Assembly (NCBI GenBank): GCA_046758965.1
Contig: JBHIBG010000002.1
Coordinates: 32,001-96,000, forward strand
Source: Candidatus Methylomirabilia bacterium
GTDB taxonomy: Bacteria > Methylomirabilota > Methylomirabilia > Rokubacteriales > CSP1-6
Direction: 5' to 3'
Length of the DNA: 64,000 nt
The notes under the pieces are model-generated. The model was not told where the DNA came from, searched no databases, and was given only the letters and a program-made list of their open reading frames with translations. Positions 1 to 8,450 of the stretch are shown piece after piece (the stretch's first letter is position 1; the number at the start of each line of letters is the position of its first letter). A program made the translations under genes and the position numbers.

Positions 1-2
1 AG

Positions 3-209
3 ACCCCTATCACGCAGGTGGCCTACAGCTCCGGCCTGGTGGAGGACCTCTACCTGGTCCTCGGCGACTTTGCGCGCGACGGGAGCCAGGTGACGATCAA
101 GGCGCAGATCAACCGGTTCGTCACCTGGATCTGGATCGGGGGGCTGATCCTCACCCTCGGCACTGCCCTGGCAGTGCTCCCCGACGCCCCCAACAAGAGA
201 ACGGGATGA
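3..209 (+). CDS. ccmF: Cytochrome c biogenesis heme lyase CcmF, C-terminal end (partial, runs in from window edge)
   Basis: EDLYLVL...INRFVTWIWIGG resembles the CcmF C-terminal domain; directly precedes ccmG/H/I. Confidence 0.85.
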   Translation, partial: TPITQVAYSSGLVEDLYLVLGDFARDGSQVTIKAQINRFVTWIWIGGLILTLGTALAVLPDAPNKRTG

Positions 210-736
210 TGGGCTGGCGCTGGGGAAAGTGGGTGATCCCTCTCTCGGTCCTCCCGGTTCTGGCACTCCTGGCCTACGGCTTTCAGACTGACCCCCGCGC
301 CATCCCCTCCCCTCTGGTTGGGAAGGCGGCGGCGCCCTTCACGCTCGAGCTCTTCGACGGCGGAAGCCTGAGCGCGGCCGAGCTGCGCGGTAAGGTGGTC
401 GTGGTGAACTTCTGGGCCTCCTGGTGCTTTCCCGCCTGCTATGAAGAAGCCCCGGTGCTGGAGAAGGGGTGGCGCGCCTACCAGGACCGCGGGGTGGTCG
501 TGGTCGGGGTGAACATCCAGGATCGGGAGGAGCTGGCGCGGAAGTTCCTGGATCAGTTCTCCATCAGCTTCCCGAACGGGCCGGACCCGACGGGGAGAAT
601 CTCCGTGGACTACGGCGTCTACGGGGTTCCCGAGACCTTCTTTATCGATAAAGCCGGAGTCATCCGGTTCAAGCACGTGGGGGCCGTGACCGAGGAGGTC
701 TTTCGCTCCCAGGTCGAGCGTCTCCTCGAGAGCTGA
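206..736 (+). CDS. ccmG: CcmG/DsbE-TlpA family thiol:disulfide oxidoreductase
   Basis: N-terminal membrane anchor, PSPLVGK, NFWASWCFPAC, YGVYGVPETFFID; overlaps ccmF stop. Confidence 0.88.
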   Translation: MMGWRWGKWVIPLSVLPVLALLAYGFQTDPRAIPSPLVGKAAAPFTLELFDGGSLSAAELRGKVVVVNFWASWCFPACYEEAPVLEKGWRAYQDRGVVVVGVNIQDREELARKFLDQFSISFPNGPDPTGRISVDYGVYGVPETFFIDKAGVIRFKHVGAVTEEVFRSQVERLLES

Positions 737-737
737 C

Positions 738-1193
738 GTGAGGCAGACAGGGATCCTCCTCCTGCTCCTGCTGGTCGCTCCAGCCGGGGTCGCTCCCGCC
801 GGCGGCGTGAGCGAGGAGACCGTCAGGGAGATCGCCTCCCAGCTCCGGTGTGTCGTCTGCCAGAATCTCTCGGTGGCAGATTCCCCGTCGCAAATGGCCA
901 ACCAGATGCGGGGGATCATCCGCGAGCGCCTTGCCGCCGACGAGAGCCCGGAAGCCGTGGTCGAGTATTTCGTGGAGAAGTACGGCGAGTGGGTTCTCCT
1001 CTCGCCACGGCCCCGGGGCTTCAACCTCCTGGTCTGGATCGTGCCCTTTGCGACAATCGCCCTGGGCTTGGGGGTGGTTGCTGCCCTCACGGTGAGGTGG
1101 ACTCGCCACTCCCGGCCTCCGGCGCCACCCGAGGTTGTGGACCCCGCCATCCGGGAACGCATCAACCGGGAGCTGTCCGAGCTGGACCGCTGA
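738..1193 (+). CDS. ccmH: Cytochrome c biogenesis protein CcmH
   Basis: Signal peptide, LRCVVCQN motif, KYGEWVLLSP, C-terminal TM helix. Confidence 0.92.
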   Translation: MRQTGILLLLLLVAPAGVAPAGGVSEETVREIASQLRCVVCQNLSVADSPSQMANQMRGIIRERLAADESPEAVVEYFVEKYGEWVLLSPRPRGFNLLVWIVPFATIALGLGVVAALTVRWTRHSRPPAPPEVVDPAIRERINRELSELDR

Positions 1194-1196
1194 TCG

Positions 1197-2141
1197 ATGA
1201 CCGCCGCTGTCTTGATCGCTCTCGTGGCAGTTCCGGCGCTGGCCTTCGTGCTCTGGCCGCTCCTCCGAAAAGGACGCGTCCCCACCGCGATCGTGACGAC
1301 CGCTGAGGGTCGTCGTGACGAGCTGAACGAGGACAAGCTCGCCATCTACCGGGCTATCCGCGAGCTGACGTTTGAGTATCAGGCCGGTTATCTCGCGCAG
1401 GATGACTACCAGGCCCTCCGCGCCCGGTACGAGACCCGCGCTTCCCGGGTGCTGAAAGAGCTCGATGAGCTCGAGGCCCAGCGGCCCAGGAGCGAGCGGC
1501 TGGAGCAGGCCGGGGTCCCTCCCAAGCCGAAATCCCACGCTCGGTCCTGGACCCGAAGCCCGCTGGCCCTTACCACGGCAGTGATCGCCCTGATCGCCTT
1601 CGGGGTAACCCTGGGATTCGGAGTGTCGCGCTACACCCGACCTGACCGGACCTTCGTTCCCCCCGGTAGCCGTCTCCCGGTGCCGACCGACACCGAGGCC
1701 TCACCGCGAGGGGCACCCCCCCGGGCGGAGAGCGAGGCCCAGCGCCCCATTTCGGCGGAAATGCTGGCCGGGATGCTCCAGGCCGCGCGCATGAGCCTCT
1801 TCGGGGGTCGTTACCAGGAGGCGATGACGGCGTACCGGGCCGTGCTGAAGCGCGACCCCGAGAACGTGGATGCCTTGACGCACCTGGCCGTGATCGTCGC
1901 CATCGGCGGTCATGAGGACCTGGCGCTGGAGACGATCGATCGGGTCCTGGCGGTTGATCCCGGCTACCCTCCGGCCCACCTCTACCGGGGGCAAATTCTG
2001 TACGAAAAGAAGGGGGACTACCGAGGCGCGATCAAGTCCTGGGAGCAATTCGTCGAGTTGGTCCCCGCCGGCGCCGGCCGCGATCGAGTGCAGAAGCTGA
2101 TTCAGGAGGCCCGAGCTCAGCTGACTGAGCGCACCCGGTAG
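1197..2141 (+). CDS. ccmI: CcmI/CycH-like TPR protein
   Basis: Two TM segments, ELxFEY..G...DY..LR motif, C-terminal TPRs; position after ccmH. Confidence 0.75.
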   Translation: MTAAVLIALVAVPALAFVLWPLLRKGRVPTAIVTTAEGRRDELNEDKLAIYRAIRELTFEYQAGYLAQDDYQALRARYETRASRVLKELDELEAQRPRSERLEQAGVPPKPKSHARSWTRSPLALTTAVIALIAFGVTLGFGVSRYTRPDRTFVPPGSRLPVPTDTEASPRGAPPRAESEAQRPISAEMLAGMLQAARMSLFGGRYQEAMTAYRAVLKRDPENVDALTHLAVIVAIGGHEDLALETIDRVLAVDPGYPPAHLYRGQILYEKKGDYRGAIKSWEQFVELVPAGAGRDRVQKLIQEARAQLTERTR

Positions 2142-2168
2142 CGAGACGGTGCTCTCGCCGCCCGCCAG

Positions 2169-2882
2169 CTACGGCCGCAGGCAGACCCAGACCTTCGCCG
2201 CGGCCGAAAAGCCGAGCACAATCGTCTTCCCCTCGCTCAGGGTCGTGATCGTCCCCGCCCACGGGGCAACTTCCTGGATCTTCAAGACCGTTCCCGGCTT
2301 GACGCCGTTGTTCCAGAGGTGCTCGAGGAGTTTCCGGTCTGCCTCCGCCTCTTCGGTGATCCGTTCCACTGTGAGCGTGGTCCCCTCCTGAGCTCGATCC
2401 AGCGGGAACGGATGCCCACCGTGGGAGCTGGTGGGCATCCCCGGGATGGGGTTGCCGTGAGGACAGGTGCTGGGCATACCCAGAAGGGTTGCCAGCCGAT
2501 CCTCCACCTTGGGCGACAGCGCGTGCTCGAGGCGGTGGGCTTCCTCGTGAGCCTCAGTCCAGTCCAGCATCAAGATGTCGGTTAGCCACCGCTCGAGGAG
2601 GCGGTGGCGCCGGGCCATCACCTCGGCCATGGCCCTCCCCTTGCGGGTGAGGGAGATCTCCTTGCCCTGGCTCAAGCGGATGTAGCCGCCCCGGGCCATT
2701 CGCTGGAGCGCCTCGGTGACGGCCGGGGGGGAGACCCTCATGTGCTTGGCCAGCCGCGCCCCGATCACCGGCTTGTCGCTCCCGGCCAGGTCATAGACCG
2801 CAGCCAGGTAGTCCTGGACAGAAGCCGTGGTCTCCCCACGGCCGGGCGCGCCGGCCCCCTTTTTTAGGCTTGACACACTCAA
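2169..2882 (-). CDS. DtxR/MntR family metal-dependent transcriptional regulator with FeoA-like C-terminal domain (start uncertain)
   Basis: QDYL..VY, RRHRLLE, AHEEAHRLEHA, CPHGNPIP motifs. Confidence 0.92.
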   Translation of the reverse strand: MSVSSLKKGAGAPGRGETTASVQDYLAAVYDLAGSDKPVIGARLAKHMRVSPPAVTEALQRMARGGYIRLSQGKEISLTRKGRAMAEVMARRHRLLERWLTDILMLDWTEAHEEAHRLEHALSPKVEDRLATLLGMPSTCPHGNPIPGMPTSSHGGHPFPLDRAQEGTTLTVERITEEAEADRKLLEHLWNNGVKPGTVLKIQEVAPWAGTITTLSEGKTIVLGFSAAAKVWVCLRP

Positions 2883-2919
2883 CGAATTAGGTATCCTTTA
2901 TGTATTAGGCGAGCCGAAT
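2870..2919 (+). promoter_or_regulatory. Sigma-70 promoter (TTGACA-N16-TATCCT) with overlapping DtxR/IdeR-like operator
   Basis: TTGACA 2870-2875, TATCCT 2892-2897; ATTAGGCGAGCCGAAT 2904-2919 matches TTAGG-N4-CCTAA with one mismatch; extra TTAGG half-sites at 2864 and 2887. Confidence 0.65.
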
Positions 2920-3023
2920 TGTCCGCGTTCGTCCGCCCTCTGTTGCCATTGTAGCCCGAACCGGCGGCCGACGCAAACCCGGTGGGAACTTGTCCGCCAC
3001 TTTCCTAACAGGAGGATGCGGCC

Positions 3024-4055
3024 TTGGGAGATGTATTCCGGCGGTGGTTGATCGTGGCGGCAGTCATCGTTGGCGGGGTTCTGCCCCCCCTTCTTTTCGG
3101 AGCCCTCACGGCGGCTCCCCCGGCTCCGGAGGTCGTGGTGTACTCCGCGCGGATCGAGAAGCTCATCAAACCCATGTTCGACGCCTTCACCGCGAAGACG
3201 GGGATCTCGGTCAAGTACTTCACGGCCAGCGAGAAGGAGCTCTTCGAACGCCTCAAGGCGGAAGGAGCCCACACTCCGGCGGATCTGTTCATGACCGTTG
3301 ACGCAGGCAACCTCTGGATTGCCGGGCAGGCGGGACTGCTCCAGGGGTTCACCTCAGCCGTGATCGAGCGGAACATCCCGGCCTCCCTGCGCGCCAAGGA
3401 CAACGCCTGGATAGGGCTGTCCGTGCGGGCGCGCCCCATCATGTACAGCACCCGGCGGGTCAACCCCTCCGCGCTCTCAACCTACGAGGCCCTGGCCGAT
3501 CGCCGGTGGCGCGGACGGCTCTGCCTCAGGACGTCGAGGAAGGTTTACACCCAATCGCTCGTCGCGACCATGATCAAGACCCTCGGGCGGCCGCGGACCG
3601 AGGAGGTGGTCCAGGGGTGGATCGCCAACGAGCCCCGCATCTTCAACAGCGACACCAAGCTGCTCGAGGCCATTGCCGCCGGCCAGTGCGATCTGGGGAT
3701 CGCCAACACCTACTACCTTGCCAGGCTCGAGGCCAAGGACCCGGATTTCCCGGTGGCGATCTTCTGGCCGAATCAAGCTGACCGGGGCGTCCATGTGAAC
3801 ATCTCGGGTGCCGGCGTGAGCAGATATGCCAAGCACCGGAATCGCGCAATTCAGCTCGTGGAGTTCCTGAGCTCGCCCGAGGCCCAGAACCTCTACGCCG
3901 ACGCCAACTACGAGTATCCCGCCAACCCCAGTGTCAAGCCGAACGCGCTCATCGCTGCCTGGGGCACGTTCAAGGCGGATCCGGTGAATGTGGCAGCCGC
4001 GGGGGAATACCAGGTTGCCGCCATCAAGCTGATGGATCGGGTCGGGTACAAGTAG
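3024..4055 (+). CDS. Fe(3+) ABC transporter substrate-binding protein (FbpA/FutA-like)
   Basis: VVVYSAR, TVDAGNL, NTYYL, GVHVNISGAGV, ANYEYP; signal peptide; GGAGG RBS. Confidence 0.92.
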   Translation: MGDVFRRWLIVAAVIVGGVLPPLLFGALTAAPPAPEVVVYSARIEKLIKPMFDAFTAKTGISVKYFTASEKELFERLKAEGAHTPADLFMTVDAGNLWIAGQAGLLQGFTSAVIERNIPASLRAKDNAWIGLSVRARPIMYSTRRVNPSALSTYEALADRRWRGRLCLRTSRKVYTQSLVATMIKTLGRPRTEEVVQGWIANEPRIFNSDTKLLEAIAAGQCDLGIANTYYLARLEAKDPDFPVAIFWPNQADRGVHVNISGAGVSRYAKHRNRAIQLVEFLSSPEAQNLYADANYEYPANPSVKPNALIAAWGTFKADPVNVAAAGEYQVAAIKLMDRVGYK

Positions 4056-4074
4056 CCTGTGATTGCCGGCGCCG

Positions 4075-5757
4075 ATGGCCGTCAACCTCGCACACGCGCG
4101 GTCGCGCGCGATTTCCCGCTGCGCTTCCCGACTTCGACATGACCCCTGGCCGCTGGCAGCCGGCCTCGTTGCCCTGTTCGTGGCCACCCCCATCCTGGTG
4201 GTGGCCTCCTCCCTCGCGACGCCGGCCGTAGAGATCTGGGTCCACCTCTGGGAGACGCAGCTCGCCGAGCTTGTCTGGCATACGCTCAGCCTGATGGTCG
4301 GAGTCGGCCTCGGGGTGCTCATTCTCGGCGCCGGCCTCGCCTGGCTCGTGACCATGTACCGGTTCCCGGGTCGGGCGGCCTTCGAATGGCTCCTGATCCT
4401 CCCCCTGGCTATGCCTGCCTACGTGATCGGGTTTGTCTTCCTGGCCATCTTCGACTATAGCAGCCCGCTCCAGAGCTGGCTCCGCGCGTCCTTCGGGCCT
4501 GAGGTCTGGTTTCCCGAAATCGCCTCCTACGGGGGCGTGACCCTGGTCATGACGTTGGTGCTCTACCCGTACGTCTACGTGCTCGCCCGGACCGCCTTCC
4601 TCGAGCAGTCCGCCGGTCCCCTTGAGGCTGCCCAAGCCTTGGGAGCCGGCCCCTTGACGATCATCCGGAGCGTCGCCCTTCCCCTGGCCCGCCCTTCCAT
4701 TGCCGCCGGCCTGGCCTTCGCGCTGATGGAGGCACTCTCGGATTTCGGGACAGTGGCCATTTACGGATACTCCACCTTCACCGTGGCCATCTACCAGGTC
4801 TGGTTCGGCATGTTTGCTCGCGGCGCCGCCACCCAGCTGGCCAGCCTTCTCATGCTGTTCACCGTGGGGCTCTACCTGATGGAGCGCACCGCGCGCGGCC
4901 GCGCCCGCTTCTATCGGACGGAAGGCCGGGCGCGACCCGCCGCCCCGAAGGTCCTCCGGGGCTGGAAAGGGTGGGCCGCCAGCGCGGTCGCCAGCTTGGT
5001 CATTGGAGTCGCATTCGTCCTGCCGGTGGGACAGCTTCTCGTGTGGACCCTCCGCGAGGCCGAGTTCAACGCTCGGTATCCGGAGTTTCTGCTCACGACC
5101 CTGGCCCTGGGAGCGATTACGGCCGCCCTGGCAGTCGGTGCAGCGGTGGTGGTGGCCTATGGCGTCCGGCTGAGCCGGAGCGGGCTCGTCGTCCTCTTTG
5201 CTCGCGTTGCCAGCATGGGGTACGCCCTTCCGGGTTCGGTGATCGCCGTCGGAGTCCTGGCACCCCTGGCGTTCTTCGATCACGCCCTCGACGCCGCGCT
5301 CCAACGGACAGTCGGGATTTCCAGCGGCCTTCTTCTCACAGGATCCATGCTCGGGTTGATCTTCGCCTATCTGGTACGCTTCCTGGCGGTCAGCACTCAC
5401 ACGGTGGAGGCGAGCTTAGTCAAGATCACGCCGAACATGGATATGGCGGGGCGTTCTCTCGGGGCCAGCACCCGAGGAGTCCTCTGGCAGATCCACCTGC
5501 CGCTGATCCGAGGTGGCCTCACCGCCGCCGCCATCCTCGTCTTCGTGGACGTCATGAAGGAGATGCCGGCAACCCTCCTCCTCAGGCCGTTGGGCTACGA
5601 TACCCTGGCAGTCCGGGTCTGGCAGCTCACCTCGGAGTCGCTCTGGGAAGCCGCGGCGCTCCCCGCGCTGACAATCGTGGCCGCCGGAATCCTGCCGGTC
5701 ATCGTCCTGATCCGGATCCACAGGGCTTCCGCCCCTCACCTCACCCCTGGCCTCTGA
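4075..5757 (+). CDS. Fe(3+) ABC transporter permease (FbpB/FutB-like)
   Basis: Duplicated permease domains, LPLAMPAYV, DFG, KEMPATLLLRP. Confidence 0.92.
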   Translation: MAVNLAHARSRAISRCASRLRHDPWPLAAGLVALFVATPILVVASSLATPAVEIWVHLWETQLAELVWHTLSLMVGVGLGVLILGAGLAWLVTMYRFPGRAAFEWLLILPLAMPAYVIGFVFLAIFDYSSPLQSWLRASFGPEVWFPEIASYGGVTLVMTLVLYPYVYVLARTAFLEQSAGPLEAAQALGAGPLTIIRSVALPLARPSIAAGLAFALMEALSDFGTVAIYGYSTFTVAIYQVWFGMFARGAATQLASLLMLFTVGLYLMERTARGRARFYRTEGRARPAAPKVLRGWKGWAASAVASLVIGVAFVLPVGQLLVWTLREAEFNARYPEFLLTTLALGAITAALAVGAAVVVAYGVRLSRSGLVVLFARVASMGYALPGSVIAVGVLAPLAFFDHALDAALQRTVGISSGLLLTGSMLGLIFAYLVRFLAVSTHTVEASLVKITPNMDMAGRSLGASTRGVLWQIHLPLIRGGLTAAAILVFVDVMKEMPATLLLRPLGYDTLAVRVWQLTSESLWEAAALPALTIVAAGILPVIVLIRIHRASAPHLTPGL

Positions 5758-5762
5758 CTCCG

Positions 5763-6803
5763 ATGAGCCAGCTCTCGCTGAGGGACGTGACGAAGCGTTT
5801 CCCGGGAAACCCGCGGCCGGCTGTCGACGCGCTCACCCTGACGGTCGAGACGGGAGAAATTGTCGCCCTGCTCGGTCCGAGCGCCTCCGGAAAGACCACG
5901 ATCCTCCGACTCATCGCCGGCTTCGAGACCCCGGAGGGCGGAGTGATCGAGATCGGCGGGGCGACCGTGACGGACGGGAGCCGGGTCGTGCCGCCCGAGC
6001 TACGCGGTGTTGGAATGGTCTTCCAGGACTACGCGCTGTTTCCACACCTCACCCTGGCACAGAACATCGGCTTCGGTCTGCGGGGGCTCGATCGGGCAGC
6101 GCGGGAGCGCCGGACCCGCGAGGTGCTCGCGCGGGTCGGGCTCGAGGAGGTCGCCGGTCGCTACCCCCACGAACTCTCCGGCGGACAGCAGCAGCGGGTC
6201 GCCCTCGGCCGGGCGCTCGCCCCGGCCCCGAAGCTCATCCTGTTCGACGAACCGTTCAGTAACCTCGACCCGGATCTGAGAGCCCAGGTCCGGCGCGAGG
6301 TCGTTGAGATCTTGAGGACGACCGGCTCGACATCCATCTTCGTGACCCATGACCAGGAGGAAGCCCTCTTGATGGCCGATCGGGTCGGGGTCCTCAACGC
6401 AGGCAGGCTGGAGCAGCTCGATCGGCCGGAAGAGATCTATCATTGGCCCGCCACGAGGTTCGTCGGCGAATTCGTGGGCTCCGCGGATTTCATCCCCGGC
6501 CGGGTGGTCGCCGAGGGGGTCGAAACCGAGTTCGGCATGTTCCAGAACCAGGGGCGGCTCCCCGTCGGCGCCGGTGTACAGGTCATGATCCGTCCGGACG
6601 ACATCGACCTCACCCCCGCCGTCGACGGTGCCGGGGTTATCGTCTCGAGGCAGTTCCGGGGGTCGGAGGTGGTCTACGCAGTGCGGTTGCCGTCCGGACA
6701 GCTCGTCCATTCAAGCCAGGGGTCCACAAGTCCCTACGGGGTTGGGACGCGGGTCAGGGTGCAGGCAAACCCGATTCACGTCGTGACCTTCGAAGACACC
6801 TGA
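5763..6803 (+). CDS. Fe(3+) ABC transporter ATP-binding protein (FbpC-like) with TOBE domain
   Basis: ATG at 5763 (the ORF-track extension from 4971 overlaps the permease); GPSASGKT, LSGGQQQR, LFDEPFSNLD. Confidence 0.92.
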   Translation: MSQLSLRDVTKRFPGNPRPAVDALTLTVETGEIVALLGPSASGKTTILRLIAGFETPEGGVIEIGGATVTDGSRVVPPELRGVGMVFQDYALFPHLTLAQNIGFGLRGLDRAARERRTREVLARVGLEEVAGRYPHELSGGQQQRVALGRALAPAPKLILFDEPFSNLDPDLRAQVRREVVEILRTTGSTSIFVTHDQEEALLMADRVGVLNAGRLEQLDRPEEIYHWPATRFVGEFVGSADFIPGRVVAEGVETEFGMFQNQGRLPVGAGVQVMIRPDDIDLTPAVDGAGVIVSRQFRGSEVVYAVRLPSGQLVHSSQGSTSPYGVGTRVRVQANPIHVVTFEDT

Positions 6804-6821
6804 CGGCGCAAGGGAGCCCCC

Positions 6822-6980
6822 ATGCTTACCGGAATCGACCAGATCGCGATCGTCTCGGGTGCTCTCGTCGCCGACTATCGGGGATTCGGGTTGACCGTCG
6901 TGCCGGGTAGCCGGCGCCCAGGAGACGAGACGCGCCAGCCAGCCCGAGACTTCTTGACAGGTCTCGGACCTGCGGAGTAG
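6822..6980 (+). pseudogene. Truncated N-terminal remnant of a VOC/glyoxalase-like gene
   Basis: RBS plus MLTGIDQIAIV...DYRGFGLTVVPGSR resembles the Glyoxalase_3-type N-terminus; stops after 52 codons. Confidence 0.5.
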
Positions 6981-6983
6981 CTT
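6954..6983 (+). promoter_or_regulatory. Putative sigma-70 promoter of pnt operon
   Basis: TTGACA 6954-6959, 18-bp spacer, TAGCTT 6978-6983, about 30 nt before pntA ATG. Confidence 0.45.
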
Positions 6984-7014
6984 TCGTAGTAGACACGTCT
7001 CCCCACACCCCACC

Positions 7015-8157
7015 ATGAACATTGCCATTCCAAAGGAGACCGCGCCGGGAGAGCGGCGTGTGGCGATCGTCCCCGACTCGGTCAGGCGCCTGCTCAAGCA
7101 CGGGTACGAGATTTCCATCGAGTCGGAGGCGGGGGCCGGAGCCCACGTTCCCGACTCCGCCTACCGGGATGCCGGAGCGAGCGTTGAGCCCGCCATTGAA
7201 TCGCTGCTCGGATCCGCGGACGTGGTGGTGAAGGTCCAGATGCCCTCGACCCGCGAACTCGACCTGCTGCGGGAGGGGAGTGCGCTGGTGAGCTTTCTCT
7301 CGCCGCTGGTCAATGTCGACCTGGTCCGCGCGCTGGCCGCGAAGAAGATCACAGCGATCGCTGTGGATAGCATTCCCCGAACTACGCTGGCCCAGACCTT
7401 CGACGCGCTGAGCTCCCAGGCGACGGTCGCCGGCTACGGCGCGGTTATCCTGGCCGCCCGCGCGCTCCCGAAGCTCTTCCCCATGCTCATGACCGCTGCG
7501 GGAACCATCGCGCCAGCAAGGGTCCTGGTCCTGGGCGCCGGGGTCGCCGGGCTGCAGGCTATAGCCACATCCCGGCGGCTCGGCGCGGCGGTGGAAGCCT
7601 TTGACGTGCGCAAGGCCGTCAAGGAGGAAGTGGAGAGCCTCGGCGCGAAGTTCATCGGGGTGGATGCGCTCGAGGACGCCACCGGGGAAGGCGGCTACGC
7701 CCGAGCGGTGTCAGAGGAGTTCAAGCGAAAGGAGCATGAGCTCATCCGCGCGCACGTTGCCAAGGCGGACATCTGCATCACCACCGCGCTCGTTCCCGGT
7801 ACCCGCGCGCCGATCTTGATTACGGAGGAGATGGTGCGCGACATGAGGCCGGGGTCCGTGATCGTTGACCTCGCCGGAGAGCAGGGCGGCAACTGTGAGC
7901 TCACACAACCTGGCCAGGAGATCGTCAGGCACGAGGTGACCATTCTGGCCCCGGTGAACCTCCCCAGCGCCCTGCCGGTCCACGCGAGCCAGATGTACTC
8001 CCGGAACATGGAGAACCTGCTCCTCTACCTGGGGCGCCAGGGCCGGCTTCAGATTGACCTCGGGGAGGAGATCGCCCGCGGGTGCGTGGTCACCCACGAG
8101 GGCCAGATCGTGCACCCCGCGCTCAGGGATCGCCTCACCCAGCAAGGAGGTCGGTAA
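7015..8157 (+). CDS. pntA: NAD(P) transhydrogenase subunit alpha, part 1 (soluble dI)
   Basis: PKETAPGERRVA, GAGVAGLQA, GEGGYA, DLAGEQGGNC. Confidence 0.95.
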   Translation: MNIAIPKETAPGERRVAIVPDSVRRLLKHGYEISIESEAGAGAHVPDSAYRDAGASVEPAIESLLGSADVVVKVQMPSTRELDLLREGSALVSFLSPLVNVDLVRALAAKKITAIAVDSIPRTTLAQTFDALSSQATVAGYGAVILAARALPKLFPMLMTAAGTIAPARVLVLGAGVAGLQAIATSRRLGAAVEAFDVRKAVKEEVESLGAKFIGVDALEDATGEGGYARAVSEEFKRKEHELIRAHVAKADICITTALVPGTRAPILITEEMVRDMRPGSVIVDLAGEQGGNCELTQPGQEIVRHEVTILAPVNLPSALPVHASQMYSRNMENLLLYLGRQGRLQIDLGEEIARGCVVTHEGQIVHPALRDRLTQQGGR

Positions 8158-8441
8158 TGCCAGCCGAGCTTCTCTTCGGTCTCTACGTCTTCGTTCTGGC
8201 CGTGTTCGTCGGGTTCGAGCTCATCTCCAAGGTCCCGCCGATCCTCCACACGCCCCTCATGTCCGGGGCCAACGCCATCTCGGGCATCACGCTCGTGGGA
8301 GCGCTGGTGGCCGCGGGGTACGGTGGCTTCGAACTCACGGGCGTGCTCGGGTTCTTCGCGATCGTCTTTGCGATGATCAACGTGGTCGGCGGCTATCTGG
8401 TCACGGACCGGATGCTCCAGATGTTCAAGAAGAAGCGGTGA
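8157..8441 (+). CDS. pntA: NAD(P) transhydrogenase subunit alpha, part 2 (membrane)
   Basis: TAATG coupling; LHTPLMSGANAISG and TDRMLQMF motifs. Confidence 0.95.
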   Translation: MPAELLFGLYVFVLAVFVGFELISKVPPILHTPLMSGANAISGITLVGALVAAGYGGFELTGVLGFFAIVFAMINVVGGYLVTDRMLQMFKKKR

Positions 8442-8450
8442 CGGGGGATC

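Noticed and set aside
4971..5762. N-terminal extension making a 610-aa ABC ATPase (likewise the 22297, 25534, 37977, 50685 and 56501 starts)
   Set aside because: These extensions overlap upstream genes in another frame and are low-complexity; coupled downstream starts fit better
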